From Deltaproteobacteria bacterium (lineage in GTDB: Bacteria > Myxococcota_A > Polyangia > HGW-17 > JAJRWW01), in NCBI GenBank assembly GCA_029938605.1, contig JAOZUO010000004.1, forward strand, positions 23,048 to 87,047: a stretch of 64,000 bases of DNA. The letters run 5' to 3'. Below the pieces are notes generated by a model. The model made no database searches and was not told the DNA's origin. It saw only the letters and a list, made by a program, of their open reading frames with translations. A program made the translations under genes and the position numbers. Of the stretch, positions 60,072-64,000 are shown in pieces (positions within the stretch are counted from its first letter, which is position 1; each line of letters begins with the position of its first letter).

Positions 60072-61868
60072 ATGAAACGGACGCTGTGCATTTTGGGGGC
60101 GCTGTGTATTTTGGGGCTGGTCGGCTGCGATGACGATCCCAACTACGATTGCGAGACACGGGAGGACTGCGCCAATCGCGGCGACTGTGTCAGTGGCGTA
60201 TGTGAATGCGACACGGGGTACTTTGGGATCCATTGTTCCACCTGCGATTGGACGGCGGGCTATGTATCCGACGGAGCGGATGGCTGCGTGCCCGACTCCT
60301 GTGAGGACCTCGATGATGACGGATACGACGGCTACGACGAGACGCTCTGCCTCCTGGGCGACGACGAGTGTGATGACGATCCCAATAACTGGACGATGGG
60401 CGGGTGCTCCGATTGCGTGGACGTGGACGGGGACGGTCACGGTACCGCCTGCGACCTGGGGCCCGACTGCGACGACGCCGACGTCTCCATCTGGGTGGAC
60501 TGCAACGCGTGCATCGACCAGGACGACGACGGTCACGGGGTGAACTGCTCCGACGGCCCGGACTGCAACGACAACGATCCGAACGTACACCGGGGCTGCT
60601 TTCGGTTGTGGTACTGGGGCGACTTCGATACGAACGGCACCTTCGAAGTGGCCAATCAGTTCTACCCGGGGGGCGCCCAGACCAAGCTGCTTCTCACGGG
60701 GCTGGACACCTCGGGGATCCTGGGCGGCGTGGCCGTTTCTCCCGATGGTGGTCATGTGGCGGTGGCGGCCTTTGACGCCAGCGGAATGGCGATGCTGAAC
60801 CTGTACACCACCGACGCCACGGGTACGCCTTTGACGCTGGCGGCGGCCACCACGGTGGGCCATCACATGGGCGACCCGTCCTTCTCGCCTGACGGGAACT
60901 GGGTGGCCTTCACCTGGGACGCCTCCACCACCTCCTCGCAACTGTACGTGGTGCCCGTGGGCGGCGGTACCGCGCAGGTGGTGAGCCCCACCCCCGGTGG
61001 AGCCGACTGTGACGTGACCTACTATCGATGGGCTCCGTCCCAGGGCGCCAACCAGCACATCGCCTTTGTGGGTGATGTGGACACCGACGGCCACTTCGCA
61101 CTGTGGGGGGTGGAGGTCACCGGAGCCTCGCCCATGGCGGCGGAGATCGTCTCCACGGCGGAGGCCACCACCCTGGGCGTGCAGCCCCTGCTGGGCTTCG
61201 ACGATGCCGATCGGGTGTATTTCATCAGCGACTTCGAGGAGATGGGGACCAAGCGGCTCTTCAGGTCCAATCTCGACGGCACGGGCAGAGATCAGGTGGC
61301 GAGCACCGTTCTGACCAATGGCCAGGGAGAGGCCTCCGTGACCACCTTCGGCCTCAACGACGCCGGCACCATGTTGGCGTTCAGTGCTGACTCGCCGGCC
61401 GTGGGGCTCAATCAGGTATACATCATCGATCTCGCCGTGGGCGATTCGGATCGGGTCTCGAACGTTACCTCCACACCGGCCCCCGCCGGGGACCACTTTG
61501 GCCCTGGCGAGAACCTGCCCATCGTCTGGGCCCCCGACGACGACTACCTGGCCGTGATTTCCGACTGGCCCCTGGACGCCAGCGATATGGACGATGCCTA
61601 CGCGCTGTATGTGCTGCCCACCCTGAATAACGGCGGCGAACGGCTCGTGGGTCTGCCCGACAGCGCCAGCCAGGACGTGCAGGAGGTGGTCTTCGCGCCC
61701 AGCGGTCTGCAGGTATTCCTACGTGGCGATCTCGTGGCCGATGAAAACGCTGAGCTCTTCCTCACTGAGAACCTCTGGTCGGTGGGCGTGGACCCCTCGT
61801 CCATCCGTATCGAGGATGTACCCACGGGCGGGGACGTCCTTGGGTTTTTTGTGGTTCTCGCTCCATGA
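60072..61868 (+). CDS. Lipoprotein with EGF-like and Asp/Cys repeats and a TolB-like beta-propeller
   Basis: Lipobox LVGC, C.CDTGYFG.HC EGF-like motif, D.DGDG.G..C repeats, FSPDG.WVAF blades. Confidence 0.8.
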   Translation: MKRTLCILGALCILGLVGCDDDPNYDCETREDCANRGDCVSGVCECDTGYFGIHCSTCDWTAGYVSDGADGCVPDSCEDLDDDGYDGYDETLCLLGDDECDDDPNNWTMGGCSDCVDVDGDGHGTACDLGPDCDDADVSIWVDCNACIDQDDDGHGVNCSDGPDCNDNDPNVHRGCFRLWYWGDFDTNGTFEVANQFYPGGAQTKLLLTGLDTSGILGGVAVSPDGGHVAVAAFDASGMAMLNLYTTDATGTPLTLAAATTVGHHMGDPSFSPDGNWVAFTWDASTTSSQLYVVPVGGGTAQVVSPTPGGADCDVTYYRWAPSQGANQHIAFVGDVDTDGHFALWGVEVTGASPMAAEIVSTAEATTLGVQPLLGFDDADRVYFISDFEEMGTKRLFRSNLDGTGRDQVASTVLTNGQGEASVTTFGLNDAGTMLAFSADSPAVGLNQVYIIDLAVGDSDRVSNVTSTPAPAGDHFGPGENLPIVWAPDDDYLAVISDWPLDASDMDDAYALYVLPTLNNGGERLVGLPDSASQDVQEVVFAPSGLQVFLRGDLVADENAELFLTENLWSVGVDPSSIRIEDVPTGGDVLGFFVVLAP

Positions 61869-62338
61869 TCGATACGCAGAACCTTCGGGAGCTGGGGCGG
61901 TCCCTGGTGAGCTCGCGTCGCTTCGCTGATGCCATCTCGGTGTTCGAGAAGATTCGGGGGAGAGAGTCCGATGACGTCCACGCCTTGGACGTTCTGGGGT
62001 TCTTGTACTACTCCATGGACCAGTTCGAAAAGGCCCGGCAGAGCTGTGAGGCGTCCCTCGAGCTGCGGCCCGAGAATCACTACGCCCTCAAGGGGCTCGG
62101 TCTTTGCCTGGTGAAGCTGGGCCGGATTGACGACGGCATCGCCGCCCTGGAGCGGTCCATCGAGTTCAAGCCCGACTACTTCGATTCCCGCCACGATCTC
62201 GGCGTGACGTACATGGACCTTCAGCGTTGGGACGAGGCCCGGGCCTGCTTCGCCTGCGCCTTGGAGATCGATCCGGCGCGGGCCCCCGCGGTTCAGCGGG
62301 CCCTGCAGCGCATCGACGAGCTCAGCGCTTCAACCTGA
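61865..62338 (+). CDS. TPR repeat protein
   Basis: Three to four TPR units (LG..Y.......A...F..AL.IDP). Confidence 0.85.
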   Translation: MIDTQNLRELGRSLVSSRRFADAISVFEKIRGRESDDVHALDVLGFLYYSMDQFEKARQSCEASLELRPENHYALKGLGLCLVKLGRIDDGIAALERSIEFKPDYFDSRHDLGVTYMDLQRWDEARACFACALEIDPARAPAVQRALQRIDELSAST

Positions 62339-62465
62339 TCCCCCCCCCGAATTCGGGCCCCGCCCGTCTCAGGCATGTACCACAACCGAATATGTCTGGC
62401 GAATTGCTGGTAGACCACGTTATATTGCCGGCTAACTAGGGCAAATAGCACAAGGGAGAAATACC

Positions 62466-64000
62466 ATGGTAGGCGCTGCGAGACATTTGGGTCTGACTTG
62501 CTGGGCGGTCACTGCTTTGTGTTGTGGTTCTTTGCTGGCGTGTGGTCCGGTGGTGGGACAGGGGCAAAACAGCAACACCACCGGAGACGCCTGGGTCGGA
62601 GATTGTGAATGGGGGACCATCGAGTGTGTGGGCCAGACCGCGCGGATCTGCGGCCCCAACGGCAACTGGACCGAAGAGGAGTGCGCCGAGGCCTGCCAGG
62701 TGGGGCTGGGTTGTGTGCCCTGCATCGAAGGCGCTCCCTACTGTCAGGACGACTGGGTGGCCATCTGCCAGGGAGACGGGAGCCTGGTCAACGACTATCA
62801 GTGCCCCGATACCGAGGTGTGCATCCTGGGGAGCTGCGTCACCAAGTGCGACCCCCGGGTGCTCGAGCCCAGCAATGTGGGCTGTGAGTTCTGGGCCGTG
62901 GATCTGGACAACGAGGCGTCTGACCTGATGGGCTCGGGCGACGCGGCGGCGACGCAGTTCGGCATCGGCGTGGCGAACGTCAACGACTTCCCGGTGGTGG
63001 TGGAGGTGTACAAGAACTCGGGGCGGGTGGGGGATCCCATGAGTGAGACGCTGGTGACCAGCGTGACCATCCAGCCCCAGGACCTAGTGCAGATCGATCT
63101 CCCGCAGTTGGAGGTGGACGGATGCATGGGCCAGCACGGGACCTATGTGCTGGGCTCCGGCTCGGGCACCTTTGTGAGCCCCCACGCCTACCGCATTTTG
63201 TCCAACGGGCCGGTGGTAGCCTACCAGTTCAATCCCATCATTCAGCAGTTTTCCAATGACGCGTCGATCCTGATTCCAACCCAGGCGTTGGGGAGTCGAC
63301 ACTACGTGATGGGCTACCCCACGGCGAATCCCTGTGAGCCCATCATGCCCATGACGTCGATCCCGGACCACGCCGCGGTGACGATCATCGGCGTGGAGGA
63401 CAACACTACGGTGACGGTGACGACCACCCACGCGATCATGGCGTCGGCAGGGGACTCGGGCTTAGCCATTCCCCAGACCGCACGGGGAGAGGTGCTGGAG
63501 TTCACGGTGAATCGCTACGACGTGGTCAACCTCGAGTCCATGGCTCCCCCCGGGGACACCATGGCCTGTATGCAGCTCGTTGATGAACAGGGCGGCGACT
63601 TCACCGGCACCTACGTGGAGTCTTCGAGGCCCGTGGTGGTCTTTTCGTCCAACGAGAGGGCCCTCGCCGGTGGGGAGGCGCCGCCGCCGCCCAACTGGGA
63701 TGGCGAGAGCTGCTGTACTGAGCACTTCGAGCAGCAGATGTTCCCGGTCCAGGCCCTGGGGTGGGACTTCGTCATCAGCCGCAGCCCCGTGCGGTCCACC
63801 GGCGGCTATCGGGAGTGGGACATATACCGGGTGATGGCCACGGCAAACAACACCACGATCACCACGAGTCTGGCGGACTTTGGGTCCTTCACCCTCAACG
63901 CGGGCGAGTTCGAGACATTCTGGGCGAATACGGGTTTCGTCGTGGAGTCACAGGGGGGCGCGGTCATGCTCGGCCAGTACCTGGTGAGCCAGGGCTATAC
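62466..64000 (+). CDS. IgGFc-binding domain protein (runs off the right window edge)
   Basis: Manual translation from ATG 62466: MVGAARHLG...LLACG, SNVGCEFWAVDLDNE, PVVAYQFNPI...FSNDASILIP, EHFEQQMFPVQALG. Confidence 0.85.
   Translation, partial: MVGAARHLGLTCWAVTALCCGSLLACGPVVGQGQNSNTTGDAWVGDCEWGTIECVGQTARICGPNGNWTEEECAEACQVGLGCVPCIEGAPYCQDDWVAICQGDGSLVNDYQCPDTEVCILGSCVTKCDPRVLEPSNVGCEFWAVDLDNEASDLMGSGDAAATQFGIGVANVNDFPVVVEVYKNSGRVGDPMSETLVTSVTIQPQDLVQIDLPQLEVDGCMGQHGTYVLGSGSGTFVSPHAYRILSNGPVVAYQFNPIIQQFSNDASILIPTQALGSRHYVMGYPTANPCEPIMPMTSIPDHAAVTIIGVEDNTTVTVTTTHAIMASAGDSGLAIPQTARGEVLEFTVNRYDVVNLESMAPPGDTMACMQLVDEQGGDFTGTYVESSRPVVVFSSNERALAGGEAPPPPNWDGESCCTEHFEQQMFPVQALGWDFVISRSPVRSTGGYREWDIYRVMATANNTTITTSLADFGSFTLNAGEFETFWANTGFVVESQGGAVMLGQYLVSQGY

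Overview
GC-rich bacterial window combining myxobacteria-like surface and gliding genes with sulfate-reducer-type membrane redox machinery. The surface/gliding set comprises Cys-rich repeat, MopE-like, FG-GAP and IgGFc-binding proteins plus GltD/AgmU-like and CglF-like genes. From left to right: cytochrome c maturation genes (ccmF, CxxxY-type ccmE, ccmD-like, ccmH); a divergent sigma54 activator and a sigma54 operon encoding an HTH/Cys-rich regulator, tmcD-tmcC-tmcB, a 16-heme hmcA, hmcB, hmcC, a 40-aa hmcD missing from the ORF track, a response regulator and a PAS kinase; a 3-kb patch of IS and gene fragments; surface-glycan and MMPL genes; an IS66 (ISBst12-type) between a truncated DUF1638 gene and a metF-metV fusion with an apparent internal deletion; a second sigma54 operon (small Cys protein, response regulator, dsrM-like, dsrK-like, response regulator) downstream of an activator with a degenerate ArsC/LMW-PTP domain; mutY; a CTAG-flanked palindromic MITE-like element; and a TetR/flavoprotein pair. 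All calls come from motif recognition by eye; no searches were run.
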